DNA of 62,941 nucleotides, the filler included, from Octopus bimaculoides (Eukaryota): NCBI RefSeq assembly GCF_001194135.2. It is 4 parts of 3 records of this genome, joined end to end, with 100 filler letters (N's around TTAATTAATTAA, not from the genome) between each part and the next. Parts side by side here need not be neighbours in the genome. Positions count along the whole stretch, not along the records: positions 23,793 to 40,198 come from NC_069004.1; positions 40,299 to 60,307 come from NC_068983.1; 2 more parts are not named here. One strand, 5' to 3'. Numbering within the stretch: position 1 is the first letter of the stretch; the number at the start of each line of letters is the position of its first letter. Below, one piece after another: positions 38,977 through 50,930 of this stretch. The position numbers and the translations under genes were made by a program. The notes beneath the pieces were generated by a model, which was given only the letters and a program-made list of their open reading frames with translations, had not been told where the DNA came from and searched no databases.

Positions 38977-40064
38977 GTGGTGTGTTCGTGTGCAGGTCGG
39001 TATAGATGTACGTATGAATAATATAATAATGTATGAATTTGGAAGATGAAGGAAAAAGAAAGAAAGTTAAGTAACGAGCGGCCACAGATAGGAACGAATG
39101 CATTGAATAATGATATAACATTTTACAGAATATCTATTCAACGGTATATTCAAAATTGGTCGAAGTATATAGAAAAAGGTACTGAAAGAAAAACCAGAAA
39201 TAAAAATTGGATCATATAAATCTTCAGCTGGAATTGGCACCATGTCGATAAATGTCTTGGCTGCAGCGATATAACATATACACAAATCATTATAAGTAGA
39301 TATTAGCGAGTGTATATTGATAAGAATATGTTCGATGGATAGAACAAAGAAGTAAACGCATTAAGATTAATCATATAATTAATAATGTATAATTAACAGC
39401 AGCTGTTCTCGGTAGGTCATTAGTAAAACTGATGTTTTCTGTCTACAAAAGCAGTATATTTTAATTTTCACGGAAACAAGCTTATTTTTCAGCGATACAT
39501 TAATTACAAATTTTAATACCTTTTCCATAGATGATGTAGGTTTCTCATCTAGTATGGCAGTCGAAAATATAAGATTATTTTTTAAGCCGTTAAATATTTT
39601 GCTACATTTCCTCTGTTCGATTGGCAGGAATTTCGATTTTGAAGGTATTCATATGTTGGCTGTACCGTGTACCGAACATATTTAGGGTTAGGTCAATGTA
39701 TTCTGCAGCAATCGTTTCATTTGGATATTGGCAAATATTGACACTTTAAAGCGCAAGTTTCATGGTTTATACAATTTCACGAGTGAATGCGAATGTGGAC
39801 ACGTTAAATTTAGACTTTAATGCGCTTCATAACAAACTAAACATTCTCCGACGTTAGAAATCATAGAAAATCTGACTTCCGTATCGCTGGTAGGAAATAC
39901 ACAGCGACATTTAAGTTAATATTCTGCGACATTTATGTTGTTTGGAAAAGTGTTTATGAAAAAGATTTAATAAATATCTGTCAATTCGTGCGCTTAATGA
40001 TTGCTATGCAATGATTTATTGCATCTCATGTTTTCCGTCTGTTTAAATTATCTAATATCTATTC

Positions 40065-40141
<77 letters not shown>

Positions 40142-40198
40142 ATCTATTGATCCATCTATCTGTTTATCTGTCTATCTATGTGTGTATATATATATATA

Positions 40199-40298
40199 NN
40201 NNNNNNNNNNNNNNNNNNNNNNNNNNNNNNNNNNNNNNNNNNTTAATTAATTAANNNNNNNNNNNNNNNNNNNNNNNNNNNNNNNNNNNNNNNNNNNN
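40199..40298. other. Artificial 100-bp scaffold spacer
   Basis: 44N-TTAATTAATTAA-44N. Confidence 0.9.
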
Positions 40299-41151
40299 GG
40301 GGAAGTGCGACGACATTCTCGAGGAGGCTCTGGGAGCCGGCGAGAACGACCTGGCTAGTCTGTTCAGAGGACTTTCCGGTCGGGAACTATCATAGGTAAT
40401 TTCCAGATGTCCTTGGCCTGGTAGTCCTACCGGGGGGGGGCGCTACTGGTTCGAGATAAACTCTACAGGTACAGACTTGTCCGAGGTGCACGCAGAGTGA
40501 GGAAACCGTTCTGCCCTCCCCCGTTCAGTGTCCGGGCATTGCTGACTTATGTAAGAAAGATCCGTCTGTCGGCCGAGTCTGTAGTGATGATCGCACCGCC
40601 GCTTTCCTTCAATCGGGCGGGCAAGGCGATTTTCTTTTGCCTGATGGCTGTGGCGAAAGAGGTTGTTTGGTGGACAAAGTTGAAAAGTATGAGGACAGAT
40701 GCATTCCTCTTTGGTATAGCTCTCTTTGGCTTCAAGTTTCACTTGAAAAGGAAATTGAGAGTGTAGAGGGAAGTGTTGTCCTCGAGTGAGTTTATTACAA
40801 TGTGGATGAAAGTTGCGAAAATGGCAATAGTGGATGGTACCTCTCTCAGTGAAGATCTGTGAGTCGGAGAGTAGGAATTGGAGAGGGCACTTGCTCCTAG
40901 TGTTTCGGGGAAATATCGGACAGTGGGGTTCCTCGATTATCCCTACAGGCCTTCCTGTATAATGAGGGCCACATCTCTACCACCGCTGCCATTTTTTTTA
41001 CCTTTGTATGCTCTGCATATGCCCCTTCTTTTTAAGCGTATACCCTGTATACTTACTATTTTTATCATTTCACTATATGTGAACCTCTACACTTTATGTC
41101 TGTCTCTGTATTGTCCTCCTCATCCTTCGCCCTTTTGGGAAATAAATGAAA
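40299..41151 (+). mobile_element. Tx1/L1-clade LINE 3' end (CCHC zinc-knuckle region plus 3' UTR)
   Basis: Frameshifted YRGAL.VRDKLYRY, CPRCTQSEETVL...VQCP, GKAIFFCLMAVAKEVVWWTKLK..FKFHLKRKLRV; AATAAA then (TTC)n. Confidence 0.75.
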
Positions 41152-41156
41152 TTCTT

Positions 41157-41187
<31 letters not shown>

Positions 41188-42078
41188 TTATTATTATTAT
41201 TATTATAAATATTATTATTTGAATCTCTTACCCATTAGTGATAGTGAAGGACAAAAATCATACCATCGATGTATTTAGAGTTGTGTAGCAATTGATGATA
41301 TGAGATGAGATGTGAAAACGCGAAAACATTTCAGCGATTCCAGTTATTCAACACATACAGATTAGATTTTCAGAACGTTCTAATGTGAACATTAAAAAAA
41401 AAACTGTGTGGGATTAGCAAGTCTGATTCAAGAGTATTTATTAGATCAACGGAGATGAATAGTATAGTGTCCTATTATGTTTTGCTTGCTGGCTACACAA
41501 ACCAAATGTTTATGATATCCGTGGTCAGTCTATTTAAGACCCACTGCTCCAGCGCACAAAATGTGTGTAGCAAAAGGATTAGCAAAATATCTGAACACAA
41601 CTTAACGAGGATTAGAGAAATATTGACGCATGAGTTAACAAGTATCTTTGAAGAAGGCCATTCGAGTAGAACAAAATGAAATAATTAACATTGAATGAGG
41701 TGAGCCAGTTATCAGATTATGAGAAGCGATTTAATAAATCATCTCGATCATAGGCTAAGTAGTGCTTAACCATTTTTGCGAGGCGAAATGCGCCTCGAGG
41801 GTTATCAACAGAGAGAGGAGGAGTGTCATGTGATGCAAAAAGTGACAGCTGTTGTCACATTTTACGGTTGGTGGTGAATGGGTATGCTTGTATATTTTTA
41901 GATGAAACCACCATAATCATGACTCCCTTCACTAACATGAACATCATTATCAACATCACCATCATCATCATCATTGTCATCCTCGTCATCGTTGTCGTTG
42001 TGGTCGTCCGCATTATAACCACCAACACCCATACGTCTCTCATTGTTTAGACCTTACCCAACAAGTACCTTTAATACA

Positions 42079-42114
<36 letters not shown>

Positions 42115-43265
42115 NNNNNNNNNNNNNNNNNNNNNNNNNNNNNNNNNNNNNNNNNNNNNNNNNNNNNNNNNNNNNNNNNNNNNNNNNNNNNNNNNNNNNN
42201 NNNNNNNNNNNNNNNNNNNNNNNNNNNNNNNNNNNNNNNNNNNNNNNNNNNNNNNNNNNNNNNNNNNNNNNNNNNNNNNNNNNNNNNNNNNNNNNNNNNN
42301 NNNNNNNNNNNNNNNNNNNNNNNNNNNNNNNNNNNNNNNNNNNNNNNNNNNNNNNNNNNNNNNNNNNNNNNNNNNNNNNNNNNNNNNNNNNNNNNNNNNN
42401 NNNNNNNNNNNNNNNNNNNNNNNNNNNNNNTGATAGAAAGGATGGTTTAAAGCTATCTTCAATCGCAAACATATTCAGGTCCAAGATTACATCACAAAGA
42501 AAATATCACAAAGAAAAAAGAAAAAGAGAGAGAAAAAGGAAAGGTCCACTTAGTATTATCCATTGTAATCTGCTTATCCTTTAAATTGTTATATCCACAT
42601 AAAAGTTCATCGGTATTCAAAAATATGTCCATATTGTACCACAATTCAGGGTAGAGTGAATGATAAATAAATATAACTAGCGTAAATGAGATAGAAGGAG
42701 AGGATCAAAAATGAAAGAAGTTAGAGGTTAAAACAATCTAAAATACGAAAAAAAAAAACAAGATAAAATAAGAGATAAAATATTAAAATAATAGAAGTCA
42801 AATCGAGGGTAATATAAGAAAAAATACGGATAATAAAGTAAGATGCATATAAAGGATTTAGTAGGGTTGGAATAAGGTAATAAAGGAATTGGGATAAAGA
42901 AATGGATGGAAGAAAAAAAAATTAAATAAAAGAAATAAAGAAAAAGAGGAATAAGAAAAAACCTAAAAATAGAAAAAGAGATAAAGAGAAATAAGGAGAA
43001 ATAAAGGGAAATAAAGAGATAAGATAATGTCCTAAATGACAGAAATACATGATGCTATCTTGGCCAGGAATAGTGGGGGNNNNNNNNNNNNNNNNNNNNN
43101 NNNNNNNNNNNNNGGGGGGGGGGGTCATAAATAATTTCTTAGCTAGAGTAGGTTGAAATATGATATCCTTGTGATGAGTGGTCAGTTTACCCAAAGCACA
43201 CCGCCACACCTTAAGCATATGAACTTATCTATTATATTGGTACATACACTTATTTAGACGATAAA

Positions 43266-43496
43266 GGCGGTGAGCTGGCAGAAACGTTAGCACGCCGGGC
43301 GAAATGCTTAGCGGTATTTCGTCTGCCGCTACGTTCTGAGTTCAAATTCCGCCGAGGTCGACTTGCCTTTCATCCTTTCGGGGTCGATTAAATAAGTGCC
43401 AGTCACGCACTGGGGTCGATATAATCGACTTAATCCGTTTGTCTGTTCTTGTTTGTCCCCTCTGTATGTAGCCCCTTGTGGGTAGTAAAGAAATAA
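43266..43496 (+). mobile_element. SINE family A, full-length
   Basis: GGCGGTGAGCTGGCAGAAACGTTAGC..GTTCAAATTCCGCCGAGG..GCCCCTTGTGGGTAGTAAAGAAATAA. Confidence 0.9.
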
Positions 43497-44529
43497 CACT
43501 TACTTAGAAGATAGATAAATAAATGAATAATAATAATGATGGAAGTGGTAAAGAGTAATTAGAAAATATAATCCTGTCACGATGCTCCTATGTACAGATA
43601 TAAGTCACCAACGATTAATATAGCTTGCGAAGATGTCGTTTTATCAGATAAGTAGAAATTTCACGAGAGGAAACATAAGATTCACAAAACAGGATTTAAA
43701 TATCATTTAACAAAAATAATCTGACATCCTCAACGACAAATATTATTTCATAATAAGATAAGAATTATGGCTGTAGGAATATAAACTATATTCTCAATCA
43801 CTCTGAAAATGATATCCATAACATGAAAAATATCTGATCTTATGACTGCAATCATCAGTATGGTGAACGACTTGGTCAAGCCCCTTATATATAGATTCCA
43901 CAATTGGAAGTGGATACCAACGTATAGAATGGAAATGCATGCGAAGTGCAAACGGAATTCAATAGACAGAAGTAATATTATTAGAATACACTTATATAAA
44001 CTTCAGGGGAAATACATTAAGACACATTCATAAAGATTTATCTACATGACATAATATATCCCCCCACACGAACAATTTATATATCACTCATATAAACATA
44101 CATTCAAGCGCTGCTATGCACATATCAACCTTCATATATACATATACGTGTGTGTGTGCGTGCGTGTAGGGGTGGCTGTGTGATAAGTGGCTTGCTTATA
44201 TATATATATATATATATNNNNNNNNNNAAGGATAAAAATATCCGTTTTAACTACTGGTATAATTACCTATGTTAACCCTGGACATACATATTCAAGCATA
44301 TTATGCTCCTACATTTCAGGCAACGACAAGATAAGCACGATTTTATCAGAAATCAAACAGAAAATGGAGAAATATTGATCAACAATAATTGAATAACATC
44401 AATTATTACTTTTTAATGCAAATAGACTATCCTATCTAACAGCTGTTTCTGCGTCCAATATTCTACGGTATTGCCATTGAAAATTCACCTACGGGTAGGT
44501 GTAAATAAGTAAGTAAATAAATAAATAAC

Positions 44530-45019
44530 AGTATGGAACAGTAGTATATGTTGTAAGTGGCCCAAAACCGCTTAGGACATTGTAATTAAAAGAACAAACA
44601 AACACCTAAGCAAGCACAATGCGAAGGATTGAACAACGCCCGCAGAGATCGCTATTTGGACAATTGCGAATTAAGGTGGTTGGGGGGAAAATGGACAAAT
44701 GCTTTATAAAATAGGATTGTGGAATTAGTAGACGAAGAAAGGAATTAATTAGTAGGAAAAGAAATAGGGAGGGAGATAAGGTGTACACTATGGTAAGTGG
44801 AATCTACAGTTAAGCGGAGGTAATGACTAGGGTAGTGACCTACATTTAGAAAATTATAATCTAACTTCTGAACTAACAACTACAGTACCCAAGCAGTGGG
44901 CTTACTAGACAAACAAATAGTAATTGGCTAAACATTCCTAAATACAATCATCCTAGTGGTCATATGAATAAGTATAATTACAAATCCCTAAGTTAATTAA
45001 ATGATTACAATTTAATTAC
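44530..45019 (-). repeat. Left arm of about 490-bp inverted repeat (copy of 46490-46987)
   Basis: Colinear reverse complement of 46490-46987 apart from one small rearranged segment. Confidence 0.9.
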
Positions 45020-46987
45020 ATGCCACAGTCTCACACGCGACCTAGCTAGCATCATTTCCTCCATAGATAATAAAAAAAAAACTAGACATTTTTATTTAAA
45101 TAGAGGTAACAATAATAACAATAGCAACAATAGTAAGAATAAAAATAACAACCACCATAATCACCCCAAACCTAGTAATGAGAACACTCAGAACCACAAT
45201 AACCCTATCAATCATGCTACACCTAACACTAACCCACTAGCAAGTAATTCTCCTCCACAGCACAACCTATGCGACTATAGAAATAAACAATTGCGCCCTT
45301 GGAAATACTTGTAAAAGAAAAGATGTAATTTACCAGTGCACAGTCAGAACACAGTTCAGTAAAAAGATACATATAGGAGCTACTCAAAATGAAATGAAAC
45401 GTATATTAGCCGCACATCAACACACTTTCAGAAATCGAAATAAATATAATTGGGAGGTTAAAGATAAAAATATTAGATTCTTTTTAGAATGGAAATTCCT
45501 CGCCTCCGCACCTTCGTACAATGTAAAAACTAAGAAATGCCATCTGTGCATCAATGAGAAATTTTTCACACTAGAAGCCCGACACCCATTACTTAACTTG
45601 AGGGAAGAGAGATATTCTGCTTGCCTGCACAAAGATAAGTTTACCTTCTCTAAATATATGTAGTATTAGGGATCCCATTGCATCATCCCCACAAATAGCA
45701 CCCAGAGCTCTTCACCACAGAAATAGTATAACTCGATACTAAATGATGGCATGTATTAACTTCTAATTAAAGCTAGTTTAATAGTATTAGACACCTAGGC
45801 CTCTTATAGGTAATCTAGCATCAATATCCCTATACAAACCTACCTGAGTTCAAAATTCCACCTCCCACACATAACTAAATTATCTAATATATTTATCAAT
45901 TTATCTCTCCTTAATATAATCTTCTCACAACCTTTTAATAATACTAGTTCTTTTAACTATGAACTTAATTTCGAATATAGAGGGCATAAGTACCCATTTC
46001 CCCACAATTAGTCCCACCTTCCAAATGGAACCTGGAATTTCCTCCTTAACAACAAATTATTTTGGCTCTATTTGCAACTAATTTTAGTTTTCTATACCAT
46101 GTGTTAACTTGTTTAACTTAATTTCATTCTGGACCTAATTTCAGTCAGCTAGGGACTACTTCCATTTATTGGTGACCTCCTATTAGATTTACTCATACCC
46201 CGTATAACAAAATTTATTTAACGCTTTAATATTAACTTCACACATCTCTTAGTTTGTATTTGCATGTACTTTGTATCGCAGTTGGCGCTTTCCTATGAAA
46301 TATTATTGTTCTTAAGCATATTAATGCATGCATAGATATGCAATTGTGGTAGCTGCCATATGTATGCACCCATCAAGGGTTAATATAACGAAAATGCTAG
46401 TAATAATAATAATATAATAATATATATTAAGCATGATTGAGCAAACTGTAGTATGTGCCTGCATATGCAACGATAATAATAATTAGCAAGTAATTAAATT
46501 GTAATCATTTACTTAATTTTGGGATTTGTAATTATACTTATTCATGTGACCACTAGGATGATTGTATTTGGGAATGTTTAGCCATTTACTGTTTGTTTGT
46601 CCAGTAAGCCCACTGCTTGGGTACTGTAGTTGTTAGTTCAGAAGTTAGACTTTGTATTATAATTCTCTAAATGTAGGTCACATCCTTAGTTATTACCTCC
46701 CCTTAACTGTAGTCTCCACTTACCATAGTTTACACCTTATCTTCCTCCCCATTTCCTTTCCTACTTATTAATTCCTATCTTTGTCTACTAATTCCACACT
46801 CCTATTTTATAAAGCATTTGTCTATTTTTCATCCCAACCGTCCAAATAGCGACTTCTCTAGGCTTTAATGACAATGCGGGTGTTGGTCATTCCTTCGTAT
46901 TGTGCTTGTTTACATGTTTGTTTTTTTTTATTTAAAATGTCCTAAGCGGCTTGGGGCCACTTACAACATATTCTACTGTTCCATACT
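45020..46987 (+). mobile_element. 5'-truncated Penelope-like element: RT-EN linker, GIY-YIG endonuclease remnant and long 3' region
   Basis: DLASIISSIDNKKK (cf. PLE NLxSIISSHNKK), Asn-rich linker, CDYRNKQ/CALGNTCKRKDVIYQCTV..HIGATQ..EWKFLASAPSYNVKTKKCHLCINEK..LNLREE..CLHKDKF* (one frameshift near 45290). Confidence 0.85.
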
Positions 46988-49418
46988 TTTATGAGGACAA
47001 ATATCCGTCAAATGTAAATAATGTAAATAATGTACATAATTCCTCATTTTTACAATATAGAACTGTATTACTTCAATGTTGAATAAAAAGGAAGTCTGGA
47101 GGAGAAGAAAAAAACACTGTTTTAGTTGTCCTTAAAACACTATCGCACAGTTACATTTTGAGCAGTAGATAACTGAAATTTATAGAGCTTCATGTCTGAA
47201 ATTTTTGAAGTATCAAGGAATTTCCATTAAAATATTGTGGAAGTTTTCTGTTTTCTCTCTGTATATTTCCTATATATCCTTTGCTACGGAGGAGCCAAAT
47301 CTAGAATAAAACCCTGGATATAGATGTTCTTTTCTTTTGTAATGTTTACCAGCAATCCTTCAATTTTCAGAATCCGAGGAGAACACTCTCACATTCAAGC
47401 AAGTGTATGAATATTAGAGCTATTATTATGTAATACTCTTCATGGTACTTTATTAAATTACTTTCTTCCGTGTATTCTGGAATTAATGTAGTCATTTTAT
47501 TCGGCATGGGCACGGTACATTTAAGTCACCAGCAATACCATGGCTACATATCCTTGCGAAGATTTTTCATTGATATATTTAACACTGTAACTAACAGTTG
47601 AGATCTCATTCGCTCTACTCTTTGAACCTTCTGCCAAACAACCAGCTCTCTTTGCACACTTTTATATATCACACCAATGTACTATCGCAAAGCCATTAAA
47701 TAACGTTAACGGTATATGCTATCACTTATCTGTTGAAATGACGGTGTAAATATTATCTAAGTTCGGCAGAAAGTATAAGCACAAAAACACAGGCACATAA
47801 ACACAGACACAGTCACATACACGCGCATGGAGATAAACACCCCCACGCCCACACCCACACAAATGCAAACATGTGTGTGCACGTCTGGAATTTGAACTTA
47901 CTATTAAGTTCAGATTTCAAGATATAGCATCAGAATGTTTGCCATGACTAGAATGATAGTTAATATTGGAGAAGACGAAAATCGTAATGGTTTCTGAACG
48001 CAGTGATCTCTCGACAATACGAATGCTCTATAGTTTAAGGTATACATGCAAGCAAGTTGATAATAACATTCATCTATGATGGAGAAAACTTAATTCGACG
48101 AGCTGGTAGTATCATTACCGTTTGTAGTAGAAGTAAAGAATATATGATGAGTAGACTGTTTCTGTCTAATCTACCGCTCTTTTCCTCAACCTTCTATTTG
48201 TCTCTTCTAATTTCAAAGATGAGAGTTGTTTACTAACTTCTCAATGGACTATACTACAAGTGACAATTGTACAATTAGCACAGTTATCTGGTAGACTCGA
48301 GATTACATTGTATGCAACTAAGGCGGCCGTTTGACTTACGTATTAAATATATTCAGCAGCTTACTTACAAAGCTACATTTTATCTGAAACTATGCCAGAG
48401 AGAAAGATGGACAGGATCAAAGCTTGTCCACTGAACTGAGTGTTGATCAAGATCGAATCCAGAAACATGTGGTTGCAAAACAAACTTCTTAATCACACAA
48501 TTAAATGCATATTTTTTCTCACTCTTCCTCTCTCACCTACTCCCTCACTGTCACATGCTCTCTCTCTCTCTCTCTCTCTGTATGTATGTATATATATGCA
48601 TACATACATATNNNNNNNNNNNNNNNNNNNNNNNNNNNNNNNNNNNNNNNNNNNNNNNNNNNNNNNNNNNNNNNNNNNNNNNNNNNNNNNNNNNNNNNNN
48701 NNNNNNNNNNNNNNNNNNNNNNNNNNNNNNNNNNNNNNNNNNNNNNNNNNNNNNNNNNNNNNNNNNNNNNNNNNNNNNNNNNNNNNNNNNNNNNNNNNNN
48801 NNNNNNNNNNNNNNNNNNNNNNNNNNNNNNNNNNNNNNNNNNNNNNNNNNNNNNNNNNNNNNNNNNNNNNNNNNNNNNNNNNNNNNNNNNNNNNNNNNNN
48901 NNNNNNNNNNNNNNNNNNNNNNNNNNNNNNNNNNNNNNNNNNNNNNNNNNNNNNNNNNNNNNNNNNNNNNNNNNNNNNNNNNNNNNNNNNNNNNNNNNNN
49001 NNNNNNNNNNNNNNNNNNNNNNNNNNNNNNNNNNNNNNNNNNNNNNNNNNNNNNNNNNNNNNNNNNNNNNNNNNNNNNNNNNNNNNNNNNNNNNNNNNNN
49101 NNNNNNNNNNNNNNNNNNNNNNNNNNNNNNNNNNNNNNNNNNNNNNNNNNNNNNNNNNNNNNNNNNNNNNNNNNNNNNNNNNNNNNNNNNNNNNNNNNNN
49201 NNNNNNNNNNNNNNNNNNNNNNNNNNNNNNNNNNNNNNNNNNNNNNNNNNNNNNNNNNNNNNNNNNNNNNNNNNNNNNNNNNNNNNNNNNNNNNNNNNNN
49301 NNNNNNNNNNNNNNNNNNNNNNNNNNNNNNNNNNNNNNNNNNNNNNNNNNNNNNNNNNNNNNNNNNNNNNNNNNNNNNNNNNNNNNNNNNNTTAAGGGTC
49401 GTTCTCACAGTTTATATT

Positions 49419-49572
49419 TATATTATAAGGTTTTTAAACTTTTAAATTTTCATATTCAAAAGAGACAGAGACTTCAAATTCGATATATCGATTTATAAAT
49501 CGATATATCGAATTTGAAGTCTCTGTCTCTTTTGAATATGAAAATATAAAAGTTTAAAAACCTTATAATATA
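49419..49572. repeat. Zero-spacer palindrome, 77-bp arms, one mismatch
   Basis: Axis between 49495 and 49496; only mismatch 49445/49546. Confidence 0.9.
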
Positions 49573-50142
49573 TATATATATATATATATAAATATAAATG
49601 TGCGTAGCCTAGGGTTTAGGGTGTTGCATTGACGAACTTGCGATCGTGATTTCGCTGGCGTATTGTGATGAGTGGTCTGTAACAACTGTTTTGTTGATCC
49701 GGTGATATATACATGCATACATACATATGTGTGTGTGTGTGTTAACGTGTATACGCATGTTTCCTTCTGGACAGGTTCTTTCAACCAAATTATAAACAAA
49801 ACATATAGCTCGAAACGAGGCTGTAGAAAGTTACAATTGTTGATTGTTGCTGGAACGCAGCGAGAGAGAACCTGAATACACATGCTTGCAAATCCTAATT
49901 CTGAACTCCGCAGCCAGTTTATCTATCTATCTATCTAAAGATATATATATATATATATATATNNNNNNNNNNNNNNNNNNNNNNNNNNNNNNNNNNNNNN
50001 NNNNNNNNNNNNNNNNNNNNNNNNATATGTTGTTGTACTTGGGGATGGTCATATTGCCAGTTTAGCCAATAAAAACACACGCACTGTATATTTGGTGTTA
50101 ATTTGCTTCAGCTTTATATTACATTAATCTTAATCTTATTTC

Positions 50143-50187
50143 GGCCAGAGTTCTTTCGTCACACTTCTGTGACCTCATCAGTGGTCC
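50143..50187 (-). ncRNA. Type I hammerhead ribozyme candidate (extra G after core)
   Basis: Minus: GG-A-CCA CTGATGA G GTCACA(GAAG)TGTGAC GAAA G-AA-C TC TGG-CC. Confidence 0.6.
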
Positions 50188-50259
50188 TTTGTTTCCTTCT
50201 TTCTTATGTGTGTCTCACCTTGCTAACTATCAGCCATATATATCATGTATGAATATACA

Positions 50260-50468
50260 TAATCTTTTCAACTCTAGGCACGAGGCCCGAAATTTTGGAG
50301 GAGGGGGCAACAGATTAGATCACTACGCAACTGGTACTTAATTTATCGATCCCGAAAGGATGAAAGGCAAAGTCGACCTCAGCGGAATTTGAACTCAAGA
50401 CGTAATGGCAGACGAACTACCGCTAAGCATTTCGCTCGGCGTGCTAATGTTTCTGCCAGCTCGCCCCC
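50260..50468 (-). mobile_element. SINE family A
   Basis: Matches family A body and alternative tail. Confidence 0.85.
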
Positions 50469-50521
50469 TTATGAATATATATATATAATGTATTAATGTG
50501 TTTCTATGTGTATGTCTGTCC

Positions 50522-50586
<65 letters not shown>

Positions 50587-50829
50587 GAGAGATAGAGAGA
50601 GTGAGAGAAAGAGATTGTGCGTTTATAAATCTATATAACAGAATATATGCGTTTGTGTGTGTGTGTTTGTATGAGTACATATTATATATTATATATAAGT
50701 ACATATATATTGCAGATAAATGTTATATTACGTGCAACTATAAATCCTCATTGATATGAGATACGCATTTATAGCCTATTAGCTAATATAAAATCACAGA
50801 AACAAACAAAATATCATTACGTTGATGGT

Positions 50830-50930
50830 ACATTATTATTCAAATTCAAATCTTTGTGCATTTTGTCATAATTATGTGGAGGAAAACATTTCAAACGAAA
50901 ACCTGAAGCGACAACATTCAAATACACATC
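50830..50930 (+). repeat. Isolated R4 3' UTR fragment (same as 54320-54410 minus)
   Basis: TTTTGTCATAATTATGTGGAGGAAAAC.TTTCAAACGAAAA shared. Confidence 0.7.

Noticed and set aside
39531-39644. 114-nt plus-strand phase 1-1 open segment between AG and GT
   Set aside because: No recognisable homology and such segments arise by chance; mentioned only as a competing candidate.
47300-47650. Possible LINE APE endonuclease remnant (IAGDLNV on minus)
   Set aside because: A single short motif; surrounding motifs not recoverable.
49605-49625. CCTAGGGTTTAGGG (and TTTAGGGTTAGG near 39680) telomere-like motifs
   Set aside because: Only about two imperfect units.
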